This document shows, piece by piece, positions 10,995-20,884 of a DNA stretch of 64,000 bases. The translations under genes were made by a program, and so were the position numbers. Source of the DNA: Gudongella sp. (GTDB lineage: Bacteria; Bacillota; Clostridia; Tissierellales; Tissierellaceae); contig JAVEXI010000001.1 in NCBI GenBank assembly GCA_034004165.1, positions 3,450 to 67,449 of the forward strand. The letters are read 5' to 3'. The first letter of the stretch is position 1. Every line of letters starts with the position of its first letter. A model generated the notes under the pieces. That model did no database searches. It worked only from the letters and a program-made list of their open reading frames with translations, and was not told the origin of the DNA.

Positions 10995-12448
10995 TGAGAA
11001 ACTATGAACATCTGATATTCGAACTTTCCAAACCAGGAAGAAAAGCTTATATGCTGCCACCACTTGATGTTGAAGACAAAGAGCTTAGCAGCCTTATTCC
11101 CGACGAATTCATCAGCAAAGAGGAGCTTAAACTTCCTGAAGTTACAGAAGTTGACATAATCAGACACTATACAAATCTATCTAATAAGAACTATGGAGTT
11201 GATACAGGTTTCTATCCATTAGGATCCTGTACAATGAAATATAATCCAAAAATAAATGAAGACGCTGCCAGATACGATGGATTTGCCAATGTGCATCCTT
11301 ATCAGGCAGAGGACTGTATTCAAGGTTCATTGCAATTAATGTATGAGCTTGAAAAGCATCTGTGTGAAGTTGCTGGTATGGATAGGCTAACTATGCAGCC
11401 TGCAGCGGGAGCACATGGAGAGCTTACTGGGATAATGCTTATAAAAGCTTATCATGAAAAGCGAGGCGATTTTGAAAGGAATAAAATAATAGTTCCTGAT
11501 TCAGCCCATGGTACTAACCCTGCAACAGCTGCAATGGCGGGATATAAGATTGTAGAGATAAAATCTACAAAGGATGGACTTGTAGATCTTGAGGCTCTTA
11601 GAGCAGCAGTTGGAGAAGACACTGCAGGTCTTATGCTGACAAATCCAAACACTTTAGGTATATTTGATAAAGGTATCCTGGAGATCGCTAAGATTGTACA
11701 CGATGCTGGCGGACTTCTTTACTACGACGGAGCTAATGCAAACGCAATAATGGGTCATGCGCGACCTGGAGACATGGGATTTGACGTAGTGCACTTTAAC
11801 CTGCACAAGACATTCTCAACACCTCACGGTGGCGGTGGACCTGGTTCAGGACCTGTTGGTGTAAAGAAAGAACTGGTCGAATTTCTTCCAGTTCCGATGG
11901 TAGAAAAAGATGGAGACAGGTATTTCCTGGATTACGACTATCCTAACACTATCGGGAAAGTAAAAGACTTTTATGGTCACTTTGGAATACTCGTAAGAGC
12001 ATTCACCTATATATTGACTCTTGGTGGAAACGGTCTGAAGAAAGCGTCTGAAATGGCTGTATTAAATGCGAACTATATTTGCAGTCAGTTAAAAGACGAT
12101 TACTATCTACCTATTGACACTATATATAAGCATGAGTTTGTGTTAGGTGGCTTAGGAGATTCTCTAAGTGAAGTTACAACTCTGGACATTGCTAAGAGGC
12201 TGTTGGATAAAGGTTATCATCCTCCGACAATATACTTCCCACTGATAATTAATGAGGCAATGATGATAGAACCAACAGAAACAGAAAGCAAAGAAACTCT
12301 GGATGAATTTATTGTAGCTATGAAGGAAATTGCAAAAGAAGCCAGAGAAAATCCAGAAATGGTCAAATCTGCACCCCATAATACTGTAGTCAGAAGACCA
12401 AATGAGGTCAAGGCTGCGAGAGATATCAACGTTAAGTACGAAGGGTAG
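10994..12448 (+). CDS. gcvPB: Glycine dehydrogenase (decarboxylating) subunit 2
   Basis: 484-aa ORF with the PLP-lysine motif FNLHKTF; 1-nt overlap with gcvPA. Confidence 0.95.
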   Translation: MRNYEHLIFELSKPGRKAYMLPPLDVEDKELSSLIPDEFISKEELKLPEVTEVDIIRHYTNLSNKNYGVDTGFYPLGSCTMKYNPKINEDAARYDGFANVHPYQAEDCIQGSLQLMYELEKHLCEVAGMDRLTMQPAAGAHGELTGIMLIKAYHEKRGDFERNKIIVPDSAHGTNPATAAMAGYKIVEIKSTKDGLVDLEALRAAVGEDTAGLMLTNPNTLGIFDKGILEIAKIVHDAGGLLYYDGANANAIMGHARPGDMGFDVVHFNLHKTFSTPHGGGGPGSGPVGVKKELVEFLPVPMVEKDGDRYFLDYDYPNTIGKVKDFYGHFGILVRAFTYILTLGGNGLKKASEMAVLNANYICSQLKDDYYLPIDTIYKHEFVLGGLGDSLSEVTTLDIAKRLLDKGYHPPTIYFPLIINEAMMIEPTETESKETLDEFIVAMKEIAKEARENPEMVKSAPHNTVVRRPNEVKAARDINVKYEG

Positions 12449-13873
12449 GTGTATCTTTTGACAAAAAGAATTGCAATAATTGGTGCCGGTCCCGGCGGAT
12501 ATGTAGCAGCTATAAGAGCTGCTCAGCTTGGGGCTCAGGTTTACCTTATAGAGAGCAGAGAAATAGGGGGAACCTGTTTAAACAGGGGTTGTATTCCCAC
12601 CAAAACCTACTTCAGAAATGCTCAGATGATGGCTGATTTGAGGAATGCTCAAGAATTTGGTATTACCGTTGATGGATACAGACTTGATGGGAAACTGCTA
12701 TTTGAAAGGAAAAACAAAATAGTTGGCGATCTTGTAGGCGGGATTGAGAAATTGCTTGGATCATATCCAAATATCGATCTTATACACGGGAAAGCATCTT
12801 TCAAAGAGGGAAAACTCATTAACGTTGACCTGAATGACGGTGGTTCCAGGGATGTAGAAGCTGATGCTGTGATAATCGCAACTGGATCATTCCCTCAGAT
12901 GACTGAAACTAAAGGGGTTGACCTGGAAGGCGTAATCACCTCTGATGACCTTCTTGAGCTGGATCACATACCAGAAACTCTAATTGTAGTAGGCGGGGGA
13001 GTAATAGGTCTGGAGTTTGCAAGTATATACAAAGAACTTGGTTCTCATGTAATACTGCTTGCTTCAAGGATACTAAAAGATGCCGATAAGGAGATTTCCA
13101 AGAGGATGACTCCGCTACTCAAAAAACAGGGTATAGAAACCTACGTTGACATTAGAGCTAAGGAAATTGTAAGAGAAGGAAATAAACTCAGAGTTGTAGC
13201 AAGGTACAAAGAGAAAGATGAAGAAATAGAAGTAGTTGGAGATTACGTACTAATTGCATCAGGCAGAGGACCACTTATAGATGGCTTAAATCTGGAAGCT
13301 ATCGGTGTTGAAAGTACCGGAAGAGGTATTAAAGTAGATGATAATTATGAAACTACTGTTCCTGGTGTATATGCAATAGGAGATGTAAACTCTAAAGGAA
13401 TTCAACTGGCTCACGTTGCTTCAGCTCAGGGTGAATTTGTAGTCGAGACCATAATGGGGAATACTCCAGAAGTAAACCTTGAACACTGGCCAGCCTGTGT
13501 ATTTACAATGACTGAGGCTGCTCAGGTAGGCTATACTGAAGAGCAACTTAAAGAAAAAGGTATAGATTATAGGTCAGGTAAGTTCATGTTTTCAGCAAAT
13601 GGGAAAGCTATGTCTCTAGGTGAGACGGATGGTATCATAAAGATACTGGCTTCCAATGAAGACAATAAAATCCTTGGGGTTCATATTATTGGGCCACATG
13701 CAAATGACCTTATACACGAAGGTGCACTGGCTATTTCTAACGACCTGGATCTCAATGCCATTAAAAGGACGATACATGCGCATCCAACTCTGTCTGAGGC
13801 ATTCTTTGAAGCTGCTTTAGGTACGGACGAGGCTGCGATACACATCGCACCAAAGAGAAAGAGAAGAAGTTAA
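12449..13873 (+). CDS. lpdA: Dihydrolipoyl dehydrogenase (L protein)
   Basis: GAGPGGY FAD site and redox-active GGTCLNRGCIPTK. GTG start directly after the gcvPB stop; alternative TTG at 12458. Confidence 0.9.
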   Translation: MYLLTKRIAIIGAGPGGYVAAIRAAQLGAQVYLIESREIGGTCLNRGCIPTKTYFRNAQMMADLRNAQEFGITVDGYRLDGKLLFERKNKIVGDLVGGIEKLLGSYPNIDLIHGKASFKEGKLINVDLNDGGSRDVEADAVIIATGSFPQMTETKGVDLEGVITSDDLLELDHIPETLIVVGGGVIGLEFASIYKELGSHVILLASRILKDADKEISKRMTPLLKKQGIETYVDIRAKEIVREGNKLRVVARYKEKDEEIEVVGDYVLIASGRGPLIDGLNLEAIGVESTGRGIKVDDNYETTVPGVYAIGDVNSKGIQLAHVASAQGEFVVETIMGNTPEVNLEHWPACVFTMTEAAQVGYTEEQLKEKGIDYRSGKFMFSANGKAMSLGETDGIIKILASNEDNKILGVHIIGPHANDLIHEGALAISNDLDLNAIKRTIHAHPTLSEAFFEAALGTDEAAIHIAPKRKRRS

Positions 13874-13878
13874 ACATT

Positions 13879-13910
13879 AAAAAAACAACGGGGAAACCCG
13901 TTGTTTTTAT
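13879..13910. terminator. Bidirectional rho-independent terminator (lpdA / ABC operon)
   Basis: Stem CAACGGG (13886-13892) / CCCGTTG (13897-13903), GAAA loop, flanked by an A-run and a T-run. Confidence 0.8.
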
Positions 13911-13917
13911 TTGCAAA

Positions 13918-15735
13918 TCATCCTAATATAGCTTTGCTTTTTTCATCCATAAACTGATTACTGTAGAGGTTATAATAATACCCTCGTGCTTTAATAAGCT
14001 CTTTGTGAGTGCCGTCTTCGATAACTTTTCCATCTCGTATAACAAGTATTCTATCAGAATTTTTGATAGTTGAAAGTCTGTGAGCAATTACAAAGCTCGT
14101 TCTGCCATATAAAACTCTTGATATTGCATCTTGTATGATTTTTTCGGTTTCTGTGTCTATAGATGAAGTCGCTTCGTCTAATACAAACAATGAAGGATTT
14201 CTTACTATTGCTCGAGCGAAAGATACCAGTTGTTTCTGACCAGTAGAAAGAAGATTTCCTCCTTCGCCAACCTCTGTATCGTAGCCGTCTTTCATTTCCA
14301 TAATGAACTCATGAGCATTTACAAGCCTGCAAGCTTCTTCTATTTCCTCGTCTGTCGCATCCAACTTTCCATATCTCACATTGTCCCTTATAGAACCGCT
14401 AAAAAGGTGCGGCGACTGTAGAACATATCCCAGATTATCGTGAATCCAGTTAAGTGGCATCTCTCTATAGTCAGTTCCATCAATTGTGATTATTCCTTCA
14501 ACTGGTTCATAGAATCTGCAGAAAAGGTTTACTATAGTTGATTTACCGGAACCAGTCTCTCCAACCAATGCAATAGTCTGTCCTGGATTTACGTGAAGAT
14601 TAAAGTTTTCTAATACAGGCTCGTCTTTTTGGTAGTAAAAACTTACATCACGAAATTCAATTTCACCTTTAATTTTTGGCCACTTCCTATTCTCATGAGA
14701 GAATAGTCCGCCAAATTTTGCTACTACATCATCTGAATCGATAATTTGTGGCTCTTCTCTCAGGAGTGAAAAAACTCTTTCTGCAGAAGCCTGAGCACCT
14801 TGTATTTCAGCAAATATTACTGCTATCTGCCTTACAGGCTCAAATAGCTGAGCTGCAAAAGAAATAAACGCGACAAGTGTTCCATAAGAGATAATATCTC
14901 TTAAAATGAAGTCCCCTCCATAAGTAAGTGCAAGCGCTGTTCCTATACTTCCAAGTGCTATTACGATTGGAAGATAAATAGATGACAGTACGGCTGCTCT
15001 TATGGCGTTTGTCCTCATCGAGTGTGTCAACTCAGAAAATTCGCTGAGATTAAGCTCTTCACGAACTAATGTCTTCGTGGTCTTTGCTCCTTGTATATCC
15101 TCATTGTACGCTCCTGTAATCTGAGAATTTATTTTTCTAACATCCCTCTGAGCTATTAGTATTCTCTTTTGAAAGAATGCGCTTACAATAGCGAGAACAG
15201 GTACAACAATAAGGGTAATCAGAGCTAACTTAACATTTAAAATAAACATGTAAATGGTTACGCCCGTCATCATAGTCAGGCCCCAGGCTATATCCACAAG
15301 ACCCCAACTTATAGTTTCGCTGAGCCTGTTGATATCTGAGGTCATTCTCGCCATAAGCCATCCTACAGCTTTATTATCATAATATGAAAGCGAAAGTTCT
15401 TGCAGTCTTATGAATCCAATTCTTCTTATATCGTGAGCCATTGAAGTCTCTAGTTTTCCTGCAAGCTTGATAAAAAAGTAGATAATCAGGCTTAAAGCAG
15501 CAACAGCAGAAAAATAGACAATAATAAAGCCCGTAATACCATCAAGTGATTTGTTTTCGATAAATTTGTCTACCGCAAACTTTGAAAGCAGTGGAAATGT
15601 GCTGTCCATTAAACCGAGTCCAGCCATGATTCCTGTCAATTTTAAAAATTCAGACTTATAAGGTTTGAGGTAAGTAAAGAAGTCTTTCCATACCTTGAAT
15701 TCAACTTTTGTTGTCTGCACATTTGATTCTTCCAT
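13918..15735 (-). CDS. ABC exporter permease/ATPase half-transporter (consensus nucleotide-binding site)
   Basis: 605 aa; 6-TM domain plus NBD with [16 protein letters not shown] and Walker B LFVLDEATS (catalytic Glu present). Confidence 0.9.
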   Translation of the reverse strand: MEESNVQTTKVEFKVWKDFFTYLKPYKSEFLKLTGIMAGLGLMDSTFPLLSKFAVDKFIENKSLDGITGFIIVYFSAVAALSLIIYFFIKLAGKLETSMAHDIRRIGFIRLQELSLSYYDNKAVGWLMARMTSDINRLSETISWGLVDIAWGLTMMTGVTIYMFILNVKLALITLIVVPVLAIVSAFFQKRILIAQRDVRKINSQITGAYNEDIQGAKTTKTLVREELNLSEFSELTHSMRTNAIRAAVLSSIYLPIVIALGSIGTALALTYGGDFILRDIISYGTLVAFISFAAQLFEPVRQIAVIFAEIQGAQASAERVFSLLREEPQIIDSDDVVAKFGGLFSHENRKWPKIKGEIEFRDVSFYYQKDEPVLENFNLHVNPGQTIALVGETGSGKSTIVNLFCRFYEPVEGIITIDGTDYREMPLNWIHDNLGYVLQSPHLFSGSIRDNVRYGKLDATDEEIEEACRLVNAHEFIMEMKDGYDTEVGEGGNLLSTGQKQLVSFARAIVRNPSLFVLDEATSSIDTETEKIIQDAISRVLYGRTSFVIAHRLSTIKNSDRILVIRDGKVIEDGTHKELIKARGYYYNLYSNQFMDEKSKAILG

Positions 15736-15746
15736 CAGCTCACCTC

Positions 15747-17540
15747 CTAAACGGCGTCCAGTTCGTCATCCAGAGAAGTCTGAATGTCGTAGACTCTTTT
15801 ATATAGACCGTCAATGCTGATTAATTCTTGATGCGTACCTTCTTGGACTATTTTGCCTTTATCCATGACGATGATTTTATCTGCTTCTGAAACAGTTGAA
15901 ATCCTATGCGATATAATGATTGTGGTCGACCTTCTGCTCTTGTTTAAAAGTGCTTTTCTTATTTGAATGTCAGTTTCTGTATCAACTGCTGAAAGAGAGT
16001 CGTCAAATATAATAATAGGAGTATTGCTTATTATTGTTCTGGCAATGGACATCCTTTGTTTCTGTCCACCAGATAGAGAAACGCCTCTTTCACCAACGAG
16101 AGTGTCGTATTTTTTATCGAAACTATTTATGTCATTGTGTATGGAAGCAGCTTTTGCTGCATTAAATACCATACCTTCGTCCAAATCAGGATTGGTAAGT
16201 CTAATATTCTCTCTGATAGTCTTTGCATATAGGAAAGGTTCCTGTAGTACAAGACCGACATTCTTTCTAATCCATTTTCTATCTATTGTACTTAGTTCAC
16301 GTCCATCTATTTTAATTGAGCCACTGCTGTAATCGTACAACCGAGGTAACAGGTGCACCAATGAGCTCTTACCTGAACCAGTTGATCCAATAATTGCAAG
16401 GGTTTCACCTGGTTCTGCCGAAAATGAAACTCCATCAAGGACTATTTTATCATCTTCGTATGCAAAGCTGACATTTTCAAATTCTATTCGACCTGATATA
16501 GGGGGTTCCTCACCATTTTCAACCAGATTTTCAACTGGTATTGAGAGAATCTCATCAATTCTATTAATTGAAACCAGAGCCTTTCCCATATCAGAAAGGG
16601 TTCGCCCTAATTGTCTTATTGGCCAAACTAGCATATTGACATAGCTAATAAATGAAATGAGTACACCAAGACTTAAATTGCCTCTTACTACCATGATAGT
16701 ACCTGTTATAATGGTAACTCCTACTTGCAACATGCTTATGAAGTCTGAAAGAGACCAGTACATAGCAAGGTTAATTATAAGTCTTTGAACGTACTTTTTG
16801 TAATCTCCATTACGTTCATCAAACTTTGACAACTCATGTGATTCTCTTGCAAATGCTTTGACAACTCTTATACCAGTTAGATTTTCTTGAAGAGTGGTAG
16901 TAAGTTTTGCCTCAGCTTCATCGGCGATTAAAAAGTCTTTTTGTATTTTTTTAAAGAATATTATTGCAAATATAAAAGTAAAAGGCAGTAATGAAACTGA
17001 TGCCAGTGCAAGCTTTAGATTCAGACTAAGCATGACCTGCATAATAAAGATGAGCATAAAAATAGATCCTGCAACCTCTATTAATTGAACAGAAAGAAAT
17101 CTCTTTACAGTTTCTACATCGGATGTACATCTTTGTATCAGATCTCCTGTGTCTCCTTTTACATGATAGCTATAAGGAAGTTTTTGAATATGATCGTACA
17201 TATCATCTCTTATTCGCATGGAAACTTCTTCTGCAGCCTTGGCAGAAAGGTATCCCTTAAGGTATAAAAAAATGCCGCGAAGTGCTGTGTTTATTACGAT
17301 AACAACACCAATAATCCATAGATGTGCAGTCAGAAAGTCTATGCCGCCTAAGTATGATACAAATTTAGCAACAACAGAAGATTCTATGGGTTTTGTCCCA
17401 ATTACAGAGTCTACAGCAACACCTATAATGAGCGGTCCCAGAGTATTAAAGAGTTGTGATATGACAACTGAAAACATTCCTACAAAATAAATAGCTTTAA
17501 GGCCTTTGGCAAATTGTAATATTTTTTTCGCTTCTTTCAT
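15747..17540 (-). CDS. ABC exporter permease/ATPase half-transporter (degenerate nucleotide-binding site)
   Basis: [17 protein letters not shown], Walker B IIIFDDSLS (Asp replaces the catalytic Glu). ATG 17540 with a GAGAGG SD is preferred over the TTG at 17555. Confidence 0.9.
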   Translation of the reverse strand: MKEAKKILQFAKGLKAIYFVGMFSVVISQLFNTLGPLIIGVAVDSVIGTKPIESSVVAKFVSYLGGIDFLTAHLWIIGVVIVINTALRGIFLYLKGYLSAKAAEEVSMRIRDDMYDHIQKLPYSYHVKGDTGDLIQRCTSDVETVKRFLSVQLIEVAGSIFMLIFIMQVMLSLNLKLALASVSLLPFTFIFAIIFFKKIQKDFLIADEAEAKLTTTLQENLTGIRVVKAFARESHELSKFDERNGDYKKYVQRLIINLAMYWSLSDFISMLQVGVTIITGTIMVVRGNLSLGVLISFISYVNMLVWPIRQLGRTLSDMGKALVSINRIDEILSIPVENLVENGEEPPISGRIEFENVSFAYEDDKIVLDGVSFSAEPGETLAIIGSTGSGKSSLVHLLPRLYDYSSGSIKIDGRELSTIDRKWIRKNVGLVLQEPFLYAKTIRENIRLTNPDLDEGMVFNAAKAASIHNDINSFDKKYDTLVGERGVSLSGGQKQRMSIARTIISNTPIIIFDDSLSAVDTETDIQIRKALLNKSRRSTTIIISHRISTVSEADKIIVMDKGKIVQEGTHQELISIDGLYKRVYDIQTSLDDELDAV

Positions 17541-17561
17541 GCTTACACCTCTCAATTCTGC

Positions 17562-17590
17562 AAAAAAAATCCATAGGTCTTGGCCTACGG
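17562..17590 (-). terminator. Terminator-like hairpin plus U8 inside the ABC operon leader (candidate attenuator)
   Basis: On the - strand: CCGUAGG-CCAAGA-CCUAUGG (7 bp including one G-U) followed by A then U8. The U-tract ends 8 nt before the SD of the first ABC gene. Confidence 0.4.
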
Positions 17591-17627
17591 CTTTAGTCTT
17601 TTACACTTCCAGAGTATTCCAATTACA

Positions 17628-17655
17628 ATTTTATACTAAAACGCCTAAATGTCAA
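17628..17655 (-). promoter_or_regulatory. Putative sigma-A promoter of the ABC exporter operon
   Basis: On the - strand: TTGACA (17655-17650), 16-nt spacer, TAAAAT (17633-17628). Confidence 0.4.
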
Positions 17656-17816
17656 CATTTATTTTGTATTGAGAACATGGTTTTGGCAATTAAATCAATA
17701 ACAAAGATAAATAATTTGAAAATTCAAGTTTTTTTTAATAATCTTTGAATTTGAAGAGTTACAGGGGTTATGTATGGGTATCATAATTTTATAATTGATA
17801 TCAAAGGGGAAGTGCA

Positions 17817-18101
17817 ATGAACGAGATTCTACTTATTAACAGAGTAAATTTTAAAGACTATAGTGGAAAAAAGCAGAGAGTATTTTTTCTAATAGGCGGA
17901 ATGAATCTGCCTAAAGTGGAGGAGACGCTTGCCCAGATACTGGATAGCTCAAGGCTGGTAGATAAAGAAGATGTAGTATTTAAATACAATGGAGTTGAAG
18001 TGAGCATTTTAACCCAGTCAATACCAATTCTTATAAAAGCCATGTCTGATCATAACCTTTCTTTGTACTCGGTTTATTCTCCTTATGACCCAGGGCCATA
18101 A
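17817..18101 (+). CDS. Hypothetical small protein (94 aa)
   Basis: ORF with an AAAGGGGA SD 6 nt upstream; coding-like composition; I recognise no motif. Confidence 0.45.
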   Translation: MNEILLINRVNFKDYSGKKQRVFFLIGGMNLPKVEETLAQILDSSRLVDKEDVVFKYNGVEVSILTQSIPILIKAMSDHNLSLYSVYSPYDPGP

Positions 18102-18239
18102 TTGCAATAATTACTGTTTTGTATGATAAATCATGGGTATAACTAATAAGTGCAAATCGAAATAGCATTGCACATATTGGTGTAATAGCTATGTCGATGA
18201 TTTGTTTTATAAAAATAAACTAAAATATGGAGGTATGAC

Positions 18240-18722
18240 ATGAGCGAAAAATTATTGAAAGCATTGAATGATCAGTTTAACTTTGAACTATTATCGGGGT
18301 ACTATTATTTGGCGATGGCGGCATATTGTGAAGCTGAGAATATGAAGGGTATGAGTCATTTCCTGGTAGAACAAGCTAAAGAAGAGTATGAGCACGCAAT
18401 GAAGTTTTACGAATTTATTAATGACAGCGATGGGAGAGCGACAATGCAGGCTATAGGAGAACCAAAAAATGAATTTGACTCATTCTTGGAAGTATTTGAG
18501 ACAGCTCTTCACCACGAAAAAGTTGTTACTTCAAGAATCTATAATCTTCTTGAGATGGCAATTGAAGAAAAAGCACACTCTACCGTTCAGTTCCTACAGT
18601 GGTTTGTAGAGGAGCAGGTAGAAGAAGAAAGTACCATGAAAGATATAATTTTCAAGCTTGAGAGAGTTAAAGATCACTTCCAAGGCTTGATGATGATAGA
18701 TAACGAATTAGGAAAGAGATAA
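18240..18722 (+). CDS. Non-heme ferritin
   Basis: 160 aa; ferroxidase-centre residues in the ferritin pattern (E..Y, EEYEHA, ...E..H); GGAGG SD. Confidence 0.85.
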   Translation: MSEKLLKALNDQFNFELLSGYYYLAMAAYCEAENMKGMSHFLVEQAKEEYEHAMKFYEFINDSDGRATMQAIGEPKNEFDSFLEVFETALHHEKVVTSRIYNLLEMAIEEKAHSTVQFLQWFVEEQVEEESTMKDIIFKLERVKDHFQGLMMIDNELGKR

Positions 18723-18732
18723 TTATACTGTA

Positions 18733-18768
18733 AAAACAGCTCATGAAAAAAATGAGCTGTTTTTTGTT
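18733..18768 (+). terminator. Rho-independent terminator after ferritin
   Basis: Stem ACAGCTCAT (18736-18744) / ATGAGCTGT (18752-18760) followed by TTTTT. Confidence 0.85.
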
Positions 18769-18778
18769 TGTTTTTTCC

Positions 18779-18807
18779 TTGACACATATATGCATATATT
18801 CTAATAT
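18779..18807 (+). promoter_or_regulatory. Promoter with a perfect 14-bp palindrome in the spacer (candidate ArsR-family operator)
   Basis: TTGACA 18779-18784, 17-nt spacer, TAATAT 18802-18807; ATATATGCATATAT at 18786-18799 is its own reverse complement. Confidence 0.5.
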
Positions 18808-18856
18808 GGTGATATAAAGATATTGTTTAATTAAATAGGAAAGTAGGAGATACAGG

Positions 18857-19144
18857 GTGAAGTACGATAAAAAAATACTGGAAGAGAAGGTTGCTTTATT
18901 AAAGCTAATGGCTCATCCTGTCAGACTCTGCATTTTAAGAGGCCTTGTGATGGAAGGGACAAACAATGTATCTTATATGCAGGACTGTCTTGACATTCCC
19001 CAGTCGACTATTTCCCAGCATCTAGCCAAGTTAAGACTTGGTGGGCTAGTAAGGGATGAAAGAAGGGGTACAGAGGTTTTCTATTCCGTATCAAATGATG
19101 AAGTATTAAAAATTATTAACCAATTGTTTGTAGAGGAGGAATAA
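18857..19144 (+). CDS. ArsR/SmtB-family transcriptional regulator
   Basis: 95 aa; winged-HTH pattern ...AHPVRLCILRGL...QSTISQHLAKLR..GLV; Cys25 and Cys44; GTG start 6 nt after an AGGAGA SD. Confidence 0.85.
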   Translation: MKYDKKILEEKVALLKLMAHPVRLCILRGLVMEGTNNVSYMQDCLDIPQSTISQHLAKLRLGGLVRDERRGTEVFYSVSNDEVLKIINQLFVEEE

Positions 19145-19147
19145 AAA

Positions 19148-20884
19148 TTGTCCAAAAAAGTTGTCATCGTAGGAGGAGTTGCAGGTGGAGCGACAGCGCT
19201 TACCAGGCTCAGAAGGCTTGATGAAAGTGCTGAAATAGTTTTATTTGAAAGGGGCGAATACATTTCATTTGCAAATTGTGGTCTTCCTTACTATATTGGA
19301 GGAACAATCGAGCAAAGAGATGCATTATTAGTAAGCACCCCAGAAGCAATTATGAAAAAGTACAATGTCGATGTGAGAAACCTTTCAGAGGTTACTAAAA
19401 TCGACAGAGATAACAAATCAGTAGAAGTTAAAAACTTAAAGACAGGTGAAGTATATAACGAAAGTTATGATTATCTTCTGCTGTCTACTGGTTCCAGCCC
19501 TATTAAACCACCAATACCAGGAATAGATGCTCCAAATATTTTCAGTCTGTGGAACATACCTGATACTGATGCAATAAAAGCTTATATTGACGAAAAGAAA
19601 CCGAAGTCAGCTGTTGTTGTAGGTGGGGGCTTTATTGGCCTTGAAATGGCTGAAAATCTATATGATCAGGGATTAAATGTTGCTGTTGTCGAAATGCTAG
19701 ATCAGGTTATGGCACCTATAGATTATGAAATGGCACAGATTGTACATGAACATATGAAATCAAAGGGAGTGGACTTGCACCTAAAAGACGGAGTAAGCAC
19801 TTTTGAATACGAAAATGGAACAACAGTTATAACTCTTCAATCAGGAGAAAAAGTTTCAGGCGATATGATAATTCTCTCCATAGGAATTAGACCAAATGGG
19901 GAGCTGGCAAAAGGTTGTGGGCTTGAACAAAACCAGCGCGGAGGAATTATTGTAGACAAATATCTTAAGACATCAGATGACAATATATATGCAATAGGTG
20001 ATGTAATAGAAGTAGAAGACTACGTTAACAAGGTTCAAACAATGGTACCACTTGCAGGTCCCGCTAACAAACAGGGACGTATTGTTGCCAACAACATCCT
20101 TGGCTCCTATAAAGAGGAATACAAGGGAACACAGGGAACCAGTATTGCAAAAATATTTGACCTGACTGTAGCAAGTACTGGAGTTAACGAAAAAACTCTT
20201 ATTAGGATGGGCAAAGAATATAAAAAGGATTACAATCTAACTCTTATACATCAGAATGCACATGCGGGTTATTATCCTGGAGCACTTCCAATGACTATGA
20301 AGATGATTTTCGATATGGATGGAAAAGTATTGGGCTCACAGATTGTTGGATATGAGGGTGTCGACAAGAGAATAGATGTAATTGCCACCGCCATAAGATT
20401 TGGTGGAAAAGTGGAGAACTTAATCGACCTTGAACTAGCATATGCACCACCTTACGGTTCAGCGAAGGATCCAGTAAATATGATAGGCTTCGTTGCAGAT
20501 AACTTGATGAGGGGAATGACAGAACAAGTTCTCTGGAGAGAACTAGATGAACTTGATAAAGATGAATACAAAATTCTTGATATTAGGGAAGATGTAGAAA
20601 CTGAGATTGGTTCAATGGAAAATTCTATTCATATACCTTTAGAAGAGCTAAGGGATAGGTTGGATGAATTGGATAAAGACAAAACCTATATCACTTTGTG
20701 CTCGGTTGGTTTGAGAGGATATTTAGCAGAAAGAGCTCTTAAAGACAGAGGATATAAGGCTCTCAATCTGGCTGGTGGATTTACCACTTATAAAAATATG
20801 TATATGCAAAGTGACACACCACAACCTCAGGAACCAAGAGCATTTTCAGATTCGGGGGTTGCAAATACATCGCTGGGAAAGTAG
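19148..20884 (+). CDS. CoA-disulfide reductase with C-terminal rhodanese domain (CoADR-RHD, CoA-persulfide reductase type)
   Basis: 578 aa; GGVAGG FAD site, active-site SFANCGLPYY, rhodanese loop CSVGLRG; TTG start 7 nt after a GAGGAGG SD, 3 nt after the arsR-like stop. Confidence 0.9.
   Translation: MSKKVVIVGGVAGGATALTRLRRLDESAEIVLFERGEYISFANCGLPYYIGGTIEQRDALLVSTPEAIMKKYNVDVRNLSEVTKIDRDNKSVEVKNLKTGEVYNESYDYLLLSTGSSPIKPPIPGIDAPNIFSLWNIPDTDAIKAYIDEKKPKSAVVVGGGFIGLEMAENLYDQGLNVAVVEMLDQVMAPIDYEMAQIVHEHMKSKGVDLHLKDGVSTFEYENGTTVITLQSGEKVSGDMIILSIGIRPNGELAKGCGLEQNQRGGIIVDKYLKTSDDNIYAIGDVIEVEDYVNKVQTMVPLAGPANKQGRIVANNILGSYKEEYKGTQGTSIAKIFDLTVASTGVNEKTLIRMGKEYKKDYNLTLIHQNAHAGYYPGALPMTMKMIFDMDGKVLGSQIVGYEGVDKRIDVIATAIRFGGKVENLIDLELAYAPPYGSAKDPVNMIGFVADNLMRGMTEQVLWRELDELDKDEYKILDIREDVETEIGSMENSIHIPLEELRDRLDELDKDKTYITLCSVGLRGYLAERALKDRGYKALNLAGGFTTYKNMYMQSDTPQPQEPRAFSDSGVANTSLGK

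Noticed and set aside
17656-17816. Leader-peptide ORFs for the ABC operon (8-aa MFSIQNKC and 29-aa MIPIHNPC... on the - strand)
   Set aside because: Neither has an SD, and both lie upstream of the best promoter candidate, so I could not support a bmrB-like leader peptide.
18102-18239. Fur/PerR boxes upstream of ferritin, and likewise upstream of rubrerythrin (21690-21770) and rubredoxin (49990-50040)
   Set aside because: I found only AT-rich partial half-sites (TGATAAATCA, ATTATGAGAATAAT, GTAATCA-N10-TGATTAC). None matches the 7-1-7 Fur or PerR consensus well enough to call by eye in an AT-rich genome.
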